Assembly (NCBI GenBank): GCA_002721675.1
Contig: PBLC01000008.1
Coordinates: 9,411-73,410 of the forward strand
Direction: 5' to 3'
Length of the DNA: 64,000 nucleotides
DNA from: Chloroflexota bacterium
GTDB lineage: Bacteria; Chloroflexota; Dehalococcoidia; Lucifugimonadales; Lucifugimonadaceae
Shown: positions 27,816 through 37,043 of the stretch, piece by piece
Numbering within the stretch: position 1 is the stretch's first letter
Layout: every line of letters begins with the position of its first letter
Program-made: the position numbers and the translations under genes
The notes under the pieces: generated by a model
Told to the model about the DNA's origin: nothing
Database searches by the model: none
The model's input: only the letters and a program-made list of their open reading frames with translations

Positions 27816-28659
27816 ACTAATTAAACACAATCTTAAAAATATAAGTATAGGTATAGTTGTTGGTTTCGCTGATTTATTTCCCGGGGTGAGTGGAGGCACA
27901 ATTCTCTTTCTTTCTGGAAAGTACAATAATGTGATTTATTCGCTTAATTCAATAGTAAGAAAGGTAACTTTAAGGAAAGAAATTTCTCCTAGAAAAATTG
28001 AATACAATCTAATTATTACACTACTAATAGGGATACTTTTGTCAGTATTTATTTTTACTAAATTGGCTTCTTTTCTTTTTGAAAATTATGGCAATGAATC
28101 AAGGGTATTTTTAATAGCCTTAATGATTTTCTGTAGCATCAATTTGCTAATTAAATTGAGAAAAAATAGAAAATTATTAGTGAATATATTTCTTGGATTA
28201 ATTATTGGATTGACTTCGATATTTATCCCTAATATAGGTAAATCAGATCCGGTTTTTTATATTATTATTATTTCTGGACTTTTATCTTTTGGGTTCATGA
28301 TATTACCAGGCATTAGCGGATCATCAATACTTTTAATCTTGGGTACATATGAAAGCACAGTAAATTCAGTAAATGAAATGGACTTATCGTATTTACTTTT
28401 GTTTTTATCAGGAGGTATAGCCGGGTTCTTAACAGCCATAATGTTAATAAAAAAAATATTAGATCAATACAAAGATGAATTTAGAATAATTATCTCAGGT
28501 TTAATTGTGGGTGCGAGTATTGGACTATTATATGACCTACCTAAAAATTCATACTTAGACCTATCTTTGTATCTATTCTTTATTTCTGGAATCATATTGG
28601 CTCTAATTTTAATTACACTAACAAACTATTTCACAAGAAATGAAAGTAACCAAGATTAA
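27793..28659 (+). CDS. DUF368-family membrane protein (PopT-type polyprenyl-phosphate transporter family)
   Basis: FADLFPGVSGGTILFLSG and a second PGISGSSILLILG repeat, multi-TM. The internal ATG at 27793 is preferred to 27763. Confidence 0.65.
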   Translation: MKRIRLIKLIKHNLKNISIGIVVGFADLFPGVSGGTILFLSGKYNNVIYSLNSIVRKVTLRKEISPRKIEYNLIITLLIGILLSVFIFTKLASFLFENYGNESRVFLIALMIFCSINLLIKLRKNRKLLVNIFLGLIIGLTSIFIPNIGKSDPVFYIIIISGLLSFGFMILPGISGSSILLILGTYESTVNSVNEMDLSYLLLFLSGGIAGFLTAIMLIKKILDQYKDEFRIIISGLIVGASIGLLYDLPKNSYLDLSLYLFFISGIILALILITLTNYFTRNESNQD

Positions 28660-29167
28660 ATATTTTTTATTCTTCTTGATAGTCATTATTGGTTGCAATA
28701 ATGAAGATACAAATTTCATTGAAATTGAGCAATTCAGCAATAATGAAAGTTATTTAAATATTGATAATTTTAAAAATATAGGATTTAAGGTACTAAAAGA
28801 ATATGATGTTTCAGGACTAAAAAATGCTAATGGTGCTTTTTTTGGCTGGATGAAAGATGAATTAAATAACACTTATGATTATGAATTAAGATTTTATGAC
28901 ACTCACGATAACGCAAAAAATTCTATAGAAATAATAGAGGAAATTATAGGAGAAGATGCAATACTAGCATCAAGAGATGTAACTTGGAAAGAAGGCAATT
29001 CGGATAGAAGGGTAAATAGGAGAGGTGCCGGATCAGGGCCTGGGTCCGCAAAGGCAAAATATCTACACTACATTATATACGGAAATACTGTAATCCTATG
29101 CGAAGGGCTAAGCGTCGAAGAATCAAAAAAAATATGCACAAATTTTATAAATCAAATTATTCAATAA
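28640..29167 (+). CDS. Hypothetical lipoprotein
   Basis: Signal peptide plus lipobox FLIVIIGC. I do not recognise a domain. Confidence 0.45.
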   Translation: MKVTKIKYFLFFLIVIIGCNNEDTNFIEIEQFSNNESYLNIDNFKNIGFKVLKEYDVSGLKNANGAFFGWMKDELNNTYDYELRFYDTHDNAKNSIEIIEEIIGEDAILASRDVTWKEGNSDRRVNRRGAGSGPGSAKAKYLHYIIYGNTVILCEGLSVEESKKICTNFINQIIQ

Positions 29168-30575
29168 AAGGTTTATTACCCCTATTATGTTGATTTATCT
29201 TTTCAAACCAATTGCCGACTTGTAACACACCAAAGTCCCTATTAAATCTTCCAGTAAACATCAACCCAACAGGCATCCCTGTACTTGAAAATCCGGCTAA
29301 AGTGCTCAATGAAGGCTGCCTAGTGACATTAAATACGCTTGTAAAACTAGGAATTCTACCTCCAACAACTTTTTTTGAACTTGATAAATTCTCCTTTGAA
29401 TATTCTTCTATCAATCCAGGTAACTCAGGAGTCGTAGGACAAGCAAGAACATCAAAATTATTGAATTCCTCATGAATTTTTCCTTGGATATTATTCATAA
29501 CTCTAAGAGAACTAAAGTAATCATTCATTGTTAACCCTTCTCCAGATACCAATCTGCTAACTACTTCATAAGTATAATCATCATAATTGGATATTAAATA
29601 ATCCTTATGAACATTCATGGCTTCAGCTAAAGTAATAACAACATTTACTGGTCTTGATATGGATAACCATGATAAATCAATATTAACGATTTCAGCCCCA
29701 TTAGATTCCATAAGATCAATAGAGTTAGTAAAAACTTTTTTAATTTCATCATCCATTTCTGAGAAATAACTATCCGTTGGAACTCCGACTCTTAATCTCA
29801 CAGGCAGCAAACTATCAAAATTATCTAGCATAGATGAGTTAAATTCTCCGAACGGATTTTGATCTTTAGGATTTTGTTTTTTGCATACTTCTTCAACAAA
29901 TATTGAACAATCCTTTGTGCTTTTCCCTATAGGGCCTACTGTATCTAATGTCCAAGAAAGAGGAAAAACTCCTTTAGTAGAAAGTTTATTGTAAGATGGC
30001 TTAAATCCAGTTACTCCACAAAATGAAGCGGGCATTCTAATTGAGCCTCCAGTATCACTACCTATTGCAATAGGTACCATATCTGCAGAAACTGCAGCAG
30101 CAGATCCACTACTTGAGCCGCCTGGTATTTTATCAAGATCCCAAGGATTCTTAGTTTGATTAGAATTTGAATTTATACCATGAGGACCAAAAGCAAATTC
30201 AACTAACTCTGTCTTACCAACAATAATAGCTCCTGCTGATTCAAGCGCATTAACAATTTCGGCAGAACTTCCAGCAACATTTGAAGATAAAATTTTAGAC
30301 CCTGCGGTAGTAATTTTTCCTTTTACATCAACCAAATCCTTTACAGCAATTGGAATACCATGAAGCGGACCTCTGTACTCTCCTCTAGATATTTCCTGCT
30401 CAGAAATCTTTGCTTTTTCTCCCCAATCATCAAAAATATCTATAAATGAATTTATCTTTGAGTCTAGTTTATTAATACGATCATGATAATAAGAAAATAG
30501 ATCTACCGGGGATAATTTCTTCTTATATACATGATCAGATATTTCTGACAAAGTGAGATTTGAGATATCACTCAT
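29157..30575 (-). CDS. Amidase-signature enzyme (GatA paralog)
   Basis: GIPIAVKDL, GGSSSGSAAAV, GSDTGGSIRMPASFCG. It is distinct from the canonical gatA at 48854. Confidence 0.85.
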   Translation of the reverse strand: MSDISNLTLSEISDHVYKKKLSPVDLFSYYHDRINKLDSKINSFIDIFDDWGEKAKISEQEISRGEYRGPLHGIPIAVKDLVDVKGKITTAGSKILSSNVAGSSAEIVNALESAGAIIVGKTELVEFAFGPHGINSNSNQTKNPWDLDKIPGGSSSGSAAAVSADMVPIAIGSDTGGSIRMPASFCGVTGFKPSYNKLSTKGVFPLSWTLDTVGPIGKSTKDCSIFVEEVCKKQNPKDQNPFGEFNSSMLDNFDSLLPVRLRVGVPTDSYFSEMDDEIKKVFTNSIDLMESNGAEIVNIDLSWLSISRPVNVVITLAEAMNVHKDYLISNYDDYTYEVVSRLVSGEGLTMNDYFSSLRVMNNIQGKIHEEFNNFDVLACPTTPELPGLIEEYSKENLSSSKKVVGGRIPSFTSVFNVTRQPSLSTLAGFSSTGMPVGLMFTGRFNRDFGVLQVGNWFEKINQHNRGNKPFIE

Positions 30576-30741
30576 TTTGGAATATAAAAGGGTTTAATTG
30601 CGTTAAATCCTCTATTATTTCAACGCCTCTAATTTTTTTCACAGCCTCTTCAAGTTCATTTATTCTACTTATAACAATTTCTAGATCATTATTATCCAGA
30701 TTGTATTTATTCTTTAATAAATTAACTATTTCACTATTCAT
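30568..30741 (-). CDS. Unlisted 57-codon ORF, GatC/AtzG-like small partner of the amidase
   Basis: Hand translation gives MNSEIVNLLKNKYNLDNNDLEIVISRINELEEAVKKIRGVEIIEDLTQLNPFIFQNE. Its stop overlaps the amidase ATG by 8 nt (AAUGAGUGA). It is below the ORF-track length cut-off. Confidence 0.45.
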   Translation of the reverse strand: MNSEIVNLLKNKYNLDNNDLEIVISRINELEEAVKKIRGVEIIEDLTQLNPFIFQNE

Positions 30742-30763
30742 TGTTTCTTTATTCAGTCAAAGC

Positions 30764-30793
30764 TTGTAAGTCAACATAATATAAATCTATACT
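30764..30793 (+). promoter_or_regulatory. Candidate promoter giving a leaderless argS mRNA
   Basis: TTGTAA-18 nt-TATACT, then 7 nt to the ATG at 30801. There is no Shine-Dalgarno. Confidence 0.35.
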
Positions 30794-30800
30794 AATCTTA

Positions 30801-32474
30801 ATGCTTATTTCAGAATTTTTACATAACTTAACAACGCAAGCCTTAGAAGATCTTCTAAAAGGTGAAGAAATTGACATATATGAGGCTCCAGATTTCATTA
30901 TAGAAAGACCAAAAAATCCTAACTTTGGGGATTTTGCCACGAGTTTGCCACTACAGATATCAAAATTGTTATCTAAAAATCCTTTAGATATAGCAAAAAA
31001 TTTAGTTGAGTTATTACCTGATTGCGAAGAAATTGAGAAGTTCTCCGTAGAAAAGCCTGGGTTCATTAATTTTTCTATAAGTAAAAATTGGATAAAACAT
31101 GAAATTAAAGCAATTATTTCTCAAGAAAAAAATTATGGAAGGCCACCTAATCCTAGGGATTCTAAAGTTCAGGTTGAATTTGTAAGTGTAAATCCAACTG
31201 GAAGACTTCATCTAGGGCATATTAGAGGAGCTGTAATAGGCAGTACCATTGCAAACTTACTAGAGAATCAAAGATTCCAAGTAGAAAAAGAATACTATGT
31301 AAACGATGCCGGGAACCAAATGGAAATTTTTGGCAGATCAGTTATTGAAAGGATTAAAGAGATTAATGGGACAGATTTTAATATCTTGGAAGATCATTAT
31401 AGAGGAGATGATATTGTTGAAATTGCTAGAGAATTAGCTCCTAAATACAAGAATCATGATCTAAAAAACACTAAAGAAACTATTTTTGATGAGATAAAAA
31501 ATAACTCTAAAGATGTGTGTATAAAAAATATAAAAGAGGATCTAAAGTTAATCAAAATAGAACATGACACTTGGTTTTATGAATCTTCTTTAATTGCTTC
31601 AAACTACTTTAGTAACACTCTTGATAATCTAGGTAACCTAGATCTGACATATGAGAAGGATGGTGCTATATGGGTAAAAACGGAAGAACTTGGAGATGAA
31701 AGAGATAATGTATTAATAAAAAGTAACGATAATAAACCAACATATTTTGCTACTGATATCGCATACCACAGAGACAAATTTGAAGTAAGAAATTTTGATA
31801 AAGTTATTGATCTATGGGGAGCTGATCATCATGGTCATATAAAAAGAATGGAATTAATTCTAGAAAAACTAGGAATAGATTCAAAAAAATTAAAGGTATT
31901 ACTCAATCAAATTGTTTCCTTAAAAAGTTCATCCGGGATATCAAAATTTAGTAAAAGAGCAGGTACGAGTATTTTTTTAAAAGACCTAGTAGAAGAGATA
32001 GGAAGCGACGCTTGTAGGTTTAGTTTTATCAGTAGGTCACCCGAAAGCCAGATGGAAATAGATATAGATATTTTTAAAAAGCAATCTTCTGAAAACCCTG
32101 TATTTTATGTTCAATATGCTCATGCAAGAGTCAGCTCAATATTAAGATCATCTGAACATTTTGATATAGATTATAGTGATGCTGATACAAATTTATTGGT
32201 TTCTGCAGATGAGGTTAACTTATTAAAAAAACTCATAGAATACCCCGAATTACTTAATAGGGTCACCAAAACTTTAAATGTTCACGAACTTTCATCATAT
32301 GCACTAGAACTTGCTCAGGTAATTCACAAGTTCTACGAGAAAAATAGAGTAATAGATGAGGACTTAACAAATATTGAGCAGACTAAAAGTAGATTATTAA
32401 TAATAAAAGCATCTAAAATAATCTTGAGTAACCTCTTGAATATAATGGGGATGGATTCTCCGGAGAATATGTAA
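30801..32474 (+). CDS. argS: Arginine--tRNA ligase
   Basis: 557 aa, with the class I HIGH-type motif PTGRLHLGHIRG and a DALR-type C-terminus. Confidence 0.9.
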   Translation: MLISEFLHNLTTQALEDLLKGEEIDIYEAPDFIIERPKNPNFGDFATSLPLQISKLLSKNPLDIAKNLVELLPDCEEIEKFSVEKPGFINFSISKNWIKHEIKAIISQEKNYGRPPNPRDSKVQVEFVSVNPTGRLHLGHIRGAVIGSTIANLLENQRFQVEKEYYVNDAGNQMEIFGRSVIERIKEINGTDFNILEDHYRGDDIVEIARELAPKYKNHDLKNTKETIFDEIKNNSKDVCIKNIKEDLKLIKIEHDTWFYESSLIASNYFSNTLDNLGNLDLTYEKDGAIWVKTEELGDERDNVLIKSNDNKPTYFATDIAYHRDKFEVRNFDKVIDLWGADHHGHIKRMELILEKLGIDSKKLKVLLNQIVSLKSSSGISKFSKRAGTSIFLKDLVEEIGSDACRFSFISRSPESQMEIDIDIFKKQSSENPVFYVQYAHARVSSILRSSEHFDIDYSDADTNLLVSADEVNLLKKLIEYPELLNRVTKTLNVHELSSYALELAQVIHKFYEKNRVIDEDLTNIEQTKSRLLIIKASKIILSNLLNIMGMDSPENM

Positions 32475-33400
32475 TGAAAAAAGATTTTATAAATTTAGAT
32501 AATGTTAATAAAAAAGATTTAGAACAAATATTAAATTTGGGAAAATCTTCTAAGAAAAATTATTTAGAAAATATTGATAAAAAACTGAACTCAACAAACA
32601 AAACCGGGGTATTGCTTTTTGAAAAGCCTTCATTAAGAACAAAGCTTAGTTTTTTTAAAGCTTTAAATTACCTCGGAATAAATCCAATATATTTTGATCC
32701 CAAAGAAGTTGGTATGGGGGGAAGAGAAAAAATATCTGACATTGCTAAAGTGCTATCAAAAATGAGTGACTTGGTTATTCTAAGAACATTCAAGCAAGAT
32801 ACAATCGAAGAATTCTCTCTTAATTCTGATGTGCCTGTAATTAATGCTTTGAGTGATGAAGAACATCCATGCCAAGCAATAGGAGATATAATTTCTATTT
32901 CAGAGAAATGTGAACCTAGTATTAATGAAATTAAGTTAACATTTATTGGTGACGGGAATAACGTGGCAACAAGTTTAGCAAAAGTCTTTTCTATATTAGG
33001 AGGCACATTTATCCATTCATGCCCTAAAGGATTTGAAATTCCTGATAAGCACCTTGATAAAATTAATGATTTTAATAAATTGAGCAAAGGTAACTTTATA
33101 CTAGAAAGAGACCCTGAAATAGCTTCAAAAAATTCAGATGTTATATACACAGATGTTTGGACTAGCATGGGACAGGAATCAGAGAAGGAAGATAGAAAAG
33201 AAAAATTTAAAGGATATCAAGTTAATGCGAGTCTTTTGGAAAACTCCAAAGCAATATTCATGCATGATTTACCAGCACATCATGGAGAAGAAATATCTGA
33301 GGGGCTTGTTGATCATAATAAATCAATAGTATTTGATCAGGCAGAAAATAGAATTTGGGGTCAAGTAGGTTTAATTAGATACCTAATGAATTTGAAGTGA
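32474..33400 (+). CDS. argF: Ornithine carbamoyltransferase-like transcarbamylase (non-canonical motifs)
   Basis: HPCQAIGD and DVWTSMGQE are OTCase-like, but SLRTK replaces STRTR and HDLP replaces HCLP. It overlaps the argS stop by 1 nt. Confidence 0.7.
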   Translation: MKKDFINLDNVNKKDLEQILNLGKSSKKNYLENIDKKLNSTNKTGVLLFEKPSLRTKLSFFKALNYLGINPIYFDPKEVGMGGREKISDIAKVLSKMSDLVILRTFKQDTIEEFSLNSDVPVINALSDEEHPCQAIGDIISISEKCEPSINEIKLTFIGDGNNVATSLAKVFSILGGTFIHSCPKGFEIPDKHLDKINDFNKLSKGNFILERDPEIASKNSDVIYTDVWTSMGQESEKEDRKEKFKGYQVNASLLENSKAIFMHDLPAHHGEEISEGLVDHNKSIVFDQAENRIWGQVGLIRYLMNLK

Positions 33401-34686
33401 GCACTCCAATAATAACAATTTGCGGAAGACCTAATGTAGGTAAATCTACACTTTTCAATAGGCTAACTGGAAAAAGAAAATCTATTGTAAGTGAGATACC
33501 AGGGACAACAAGAGATTCTATACAAACTAATTGTTTATGGAATGATAAATCTTTTATTCTTGTTGATTCTGGAGGCATTGAAACCTATTCTGATAACCAA
33601 ATAACAAAAAAGGTAACAGATAAAAGTTATGAATCCATAAATGAAGCGGACCACATACTATTCGTTGTCGATGCTACTTCAGGAATTACTAATGAAGATA
33701 CAGAAATATTAAGGATTATTAGAAAAATTGATAAAGAAATAACTTTAGTTATAAATAAAGTAGATAATTCATCTAGAGAAGAAAATATTAATGATTTTTT
33801 TGTCCTAGGTCTTGGAGAGGGAATTAATATTAGCGCATATCATGGAAATGGCATATTTGATTTGATGAATTCATTAGAGCACCTTTTTTCCATAGAGGAA
33901 GCTGATGACGAATCAATCAAATTTTCAATTATAGGAAGACCTAATGTAGGCAAATCTACACTTTTTAATAGCATGATAGGGCAAGCTAAATCTATCGTAA
34001 GTGAGATGCCAGGGACAACAAGAGATTCTGTAGATTCAAAATTTGAATACAAAAATAATGATTACACAATTGTAGATACCGCAGGAATAAGGAGGAAGGG
34101 TAAAATCGGAAAGGAGATCGAGTATTTCAGTGTCCTAAGAACTATAAAAGCAATATCTGAAAGTCATATATCTCTTTTAGTTATAGATTCTACAGAAAAT
34201 CTAACACTACAAGATCAGCACATAGCTGGACTTATAAGAGAAAGTGGAAATGGTTGCGTATTAGTAATGAACAAATTAGACCTAATCGATAAAGAGAAAA
34301 TTAAAGAAACAGAAATAATAGAAAAATTGAAATTCTTTCCTGGAATACCTTTAGTCTACACATCAGCAAAATTGAAATCAGGAATGAGCGAAATGTTAAA
34401 AGAGTTAATTAGTGTTAATAGAAGGTATAGGCAAAATTTTAATGATGATGAAATTTGGAAAAATATCTTAAATATAATAAGTTCAAACATGCCTCCATCT
34501 AAAGGAAAAAGGAGGGTATACCCCACTTCGGCCAGACAAATTGGTTCCAATCCCCCTAAAATACAAATAAAATTTCATAATGCTGAGTTAGTACATTTTT
34601 CATATAAGAGGTACATTGAAAATAAACTAAGAAATATTTTTGACTTAAGAGGTGTTCCTCTTCAACTAGAAATTTCAGAAAAATGA
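33397..34686 (+). CDS. der: Ribosome-associated GTPase Der/EngA
   Basis: Two G domains, each with GRPNVGKSTLFN and PGTTRDS, plus a KH-like C-terminus. GTG start overlapping the argF stop. Confidence 0.9.
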   Translation: MSTPIITICGRPNVGKSTLFNRLTGKRKSIVSEIPGTTRDSIQTNCLWNDKSFILVDSGGIETYSDNQITKKVTDKSYESINEADHILFVVDATSGITNEDTEILRIIRKIDKEITLVINKVDNSSREENINDFFVLGLGEGINISAYHGNGIFDLMNSLEHLFSIEEADDESIKFSIIGRPNVGKSTLFNSMIGQAKSIVSEMPGTTRDSVDSKFEYKNNDYTIVDTAGIRRKGKIGKEIEYFSVLRTIKAISESHISLLVIDSTENLTLQDQHIAGLIRESGNGCVLVMNKLDLIDKEKIKETEIIEKLKFFPGIPLVYTSAKLKSGMSEMLKELISVNRRYRQNFNDDEIWKNILNIISSNMPPSKGKRRVYPTSARQIGSNPPKIQIKFHNAELVHFSYKRYIENKLRNIFDLRGVPLQLEISEK

Positions 34687-35318
34687 ACGATTATTTTTTA
34701 TTTATATTAACGATTTTATCTTGCTATCTAATTGGCTCAATTTCATTTGGAAGAATCATAAGCAAATTATCCAAAAATATAGACATAACCTCTAAAGGTA
34801 GCGGAAATACAGGAGCAACAAATGTTTTAAGGAACGTAGGTATCTCTTATGGATTTTTAGTGCTATTTTTGGATATGATAAAGTCAATAATTCCAGTTTT
34901 AATTATAGAAAATTATCAATTTACTTCGATAAATTACGCTACACAAGTTGCTGCTCTTTCTGCAATAGTAGGTCACTGTTATCCTGTATTCTATAAATTC
35001 AGAGGAGGTAAGGGAGTAGCAACAGGGATAGGCCCTCTATTTGTTATTTTTACACCCTCTGCACTATCGGCTTTAATAGTGTTCGCAATATCTGTCATCG
35101 CATCAAGAATGGTATCTGTAGGCTCGATATTAGGGTGTTTAGTGGCGTTAATTTCTATGCTTATATTCAACTCTATGAATTTATTTGATAATTCATGGAT
35201 TGACATGATATATCTAGTTCCGGCAGTATCAATAATCATATACAAGCATGATGAAAATATAAAACGTATAATTTCTGGGACAGAAAATAAATTAAACTTT
35301 AAAAAAAATGAGAGTTAA
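34683..35318 (+). CDS. plsY: Glycerol-3-phosphate acyltransferase PlsY
   Basis: GSGNTGATNVLR and FRGGKGVATG motifs, 211 aa, multi-TM. Confidence 0.9.
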   Translation: MNDYFLFILTILSCYLIGSISFGRIISKLSKNIDITSKGSGNTGATNVLRNVGISYGFLVLFLDMIKSIIPVLIIENYQFTSINYATQVAALSAIVGHCYPVFYKFRGGKGVATGIGPLFVIFTPSALSALIVFAISVIASRMVSVGSILGCLVALISMLIFNSMNLFDNSWIDMIYLVPAVSIIIYKHDENIKRIISGTENKLNFKKNES

Positions 35319-36303
35319 GATTTTAGGAAACACAATATGGGGATCAACATTAGGAGTTCTTCTATCTAATGCTGGAAACGAAGTGGATTTGATCTTTAGA
35401 AATAATGATAAATTTATTGAAGCAAAAAAATCTTCAAAATTTTTAATTGGCAATAAAAAATTAGATAGGTCAGATAAAATTAAATTCGTAAACTTTGAAG
35501 GGTTGTCCCTAGAACGTGATGACTTGTTGTTAATTGCGTTGCCAAGTTCAGAAATTAAAGAAAATCTTCAAAATATACAAAATAAATTAAATGATAAAAT
35601 CACAATAATATCTGCCTCAAAAGGATTATCAGAAGATGGCAAAACCTTGACTAGAATGATTTCTTCAGAGACTAATATCAATCGCTCTCAAATAGGAGTA
35701 ATGACTGGTCCAAATCTAGCTACTGAAATAATAGAAGGCAAGCCTGCAACAACACTTTTGTCATTTTCCAATTTAGATAAAGCAAATTCTTTCAGAAATG
35801 ATTTTTCAAGTGATAATTTTAGGGTCTATAGTGGGGATGATGTAATAGGAGCTGAAATTGGAGGGGCATTAAAAAATATAATTGCTATAGGCTCAGGAAT
35901 AATAGATAAACTAAAACTTGGTAATAATGCGAAATCTGCATTCATTACAAGAGGTTTGAGAGAGATTACAAGATTTGGAATTTACCATGGAGCAAAGGAA
36001 TATACTTTCTATGGTTTATCAGGTATAGGAGATTTGTTTACTACATGCTCCAGTGATCTTAGTAGAAACTGGCAACTCGGATATAATCTGGCTTCTGGTA
36101 TTACTTATCGAGAATTCAAAACTAAGACAAAATTAACTATTGAGGGAGCAAATACAACTAAAATAGTAAATATGATTTCTAAAAAAGAAGGTATCGACAT
36201 GCCAATAACTAACATGACATATAAAGTTTTAGAAGAAAACTATGATCCAGAAATTGCTATAAAAGAATTCATGAATAGAGACCTTTCACAAGAAAGAAAT
36301 TAA
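35308..36303 (+). CDS. gpsA: NAD(P)H-dependent glycerol-3-phosphate dehydrogenase
   Basis: GGALKNIIAIGSGI, GLSGIGDLFTTCSS and SRNWQLG are typical GpsA blocks. It is downstream of plsY. Confidence 0.85.
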   Translation: MRVKILGNTIWGSTLGVLLSNAGNEVDLIFRNNDKFIEAKKSSKFLIGNKKLDRSDKIKFVNFEGLSLERDDLLLIALPSSEIKENLQNIQNKLNDKITIISASKGLSEDGKTLTRMISSETNINRSQIGVMTGPNLATEIIEGKPATTLLSFSNLDKANSFRNDFSSDNFRVYSGDDVIGAEIGGALKNIIAIGSGIIDKLKLGNNAKSAFITRGLREITRFGIYHGAKEYTFYGLSGIGDLFTTCSSDLSRNWQLGYNLASGITYREFKTKTKLTIEGANTTKIVNMISKKEGIDMPITNMTYKVLEENYDPEIAIKEFMNRDLSQERN

Positions 36304-37043
36304 CTTAATTTATTTTCAATTAAATATCTTAACAAAGTGCAAGAAACTATTGCTGCGGTATCAGACTTTAACACCGAATCACCTAAATTTACTATTCTAG
36401 ACCCTGAGTCTCTTGATAAATTAATCTCATCTTCAGAAAATCCACCGACCGGGCCTATAAAGATAGACAAACTAGAATCTTTGTATTCGTTTAAATTGAT
36501 ATCACTAAGAGGCTCTGAACCCTTAATATTTTCATAAAACAAAAAAGGGTTACTTAAATTCTTATCCTTTAATAGGTTTACAAATTTTTCTATATTTCTA
36601 ATATCTGGAACAAAATTCTTTCCTGACTGCTCTGCAGATTCTTTGGATATATTTCTAAGCCTATTAATCTTATTGTCACTTAAAGAGATTACATCTTTTT
36701 TTTGAGATCTCTCTGTAATTATGGGGGTAAAAGATGATATTCCTAATTCTGTTAATTTTTCGACAGTTAACTCCAATTTAGAACTTTTAATTACCGATTG
36801 ATATACGTCGATTTTTAGATTGCTCTCTAAAACATTTTTCTGAGAAATCACTTTTGCATTTAACCTGATATTACTGTTTTCAACATTAATTTTGGCAATT
36901 GCATTCAAACCCTTCCCATTAAAAACTTCTACCAAATCACTACTTTTCATTCTTAAAACATTAATAATCTGATGAGAAATTTCTTCACTAAATTCTATAA
37001 ATTCTGAATCCTTATTTAATTCTTTCAAAAAAAATCTATTCAT
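36300..37043 (-). CDS. rsmE: 16S rRNA (uracil1498-N3)-methyltransferase RsmE
   Basis: The MNRFFLKE start is typical and is preferred to the track start at 37094. C-terminus IFIGPVGGFSEDE. Position is after prmA. Confidence 0.75.
   Translation of the reverse strand: MNRFFLKELNKDSEFIEFSEEISHQIINVLRMKSSDLVEVFNGKGLNAIAKINVENSNIRLNAKVISQKNVLESNLKIDVYQSVIKSSKLELTVEKLTELGISSFTPIITERSQKKDVISLSDNKINRLRNISKESAEQSGKNFVPDIRNIEKFVNLLKDKNLSNPFLFYENIKGSEPLSDINLNEYKDSSLSIFIGPVGGFSEDEINLSRDSGSRIVNLGDSVLKSDTAAIVSCTLLRYLIENKLS

Noticed and set aside
30749-31066. 105-aa minus-strand ORF overlapping the argS start
   Set aside because: It overlaps the 5' part of argS, whose N-terminus is convincing. The real minus-strand gene in this area is the 57-codon ORF ending at the amidase start.
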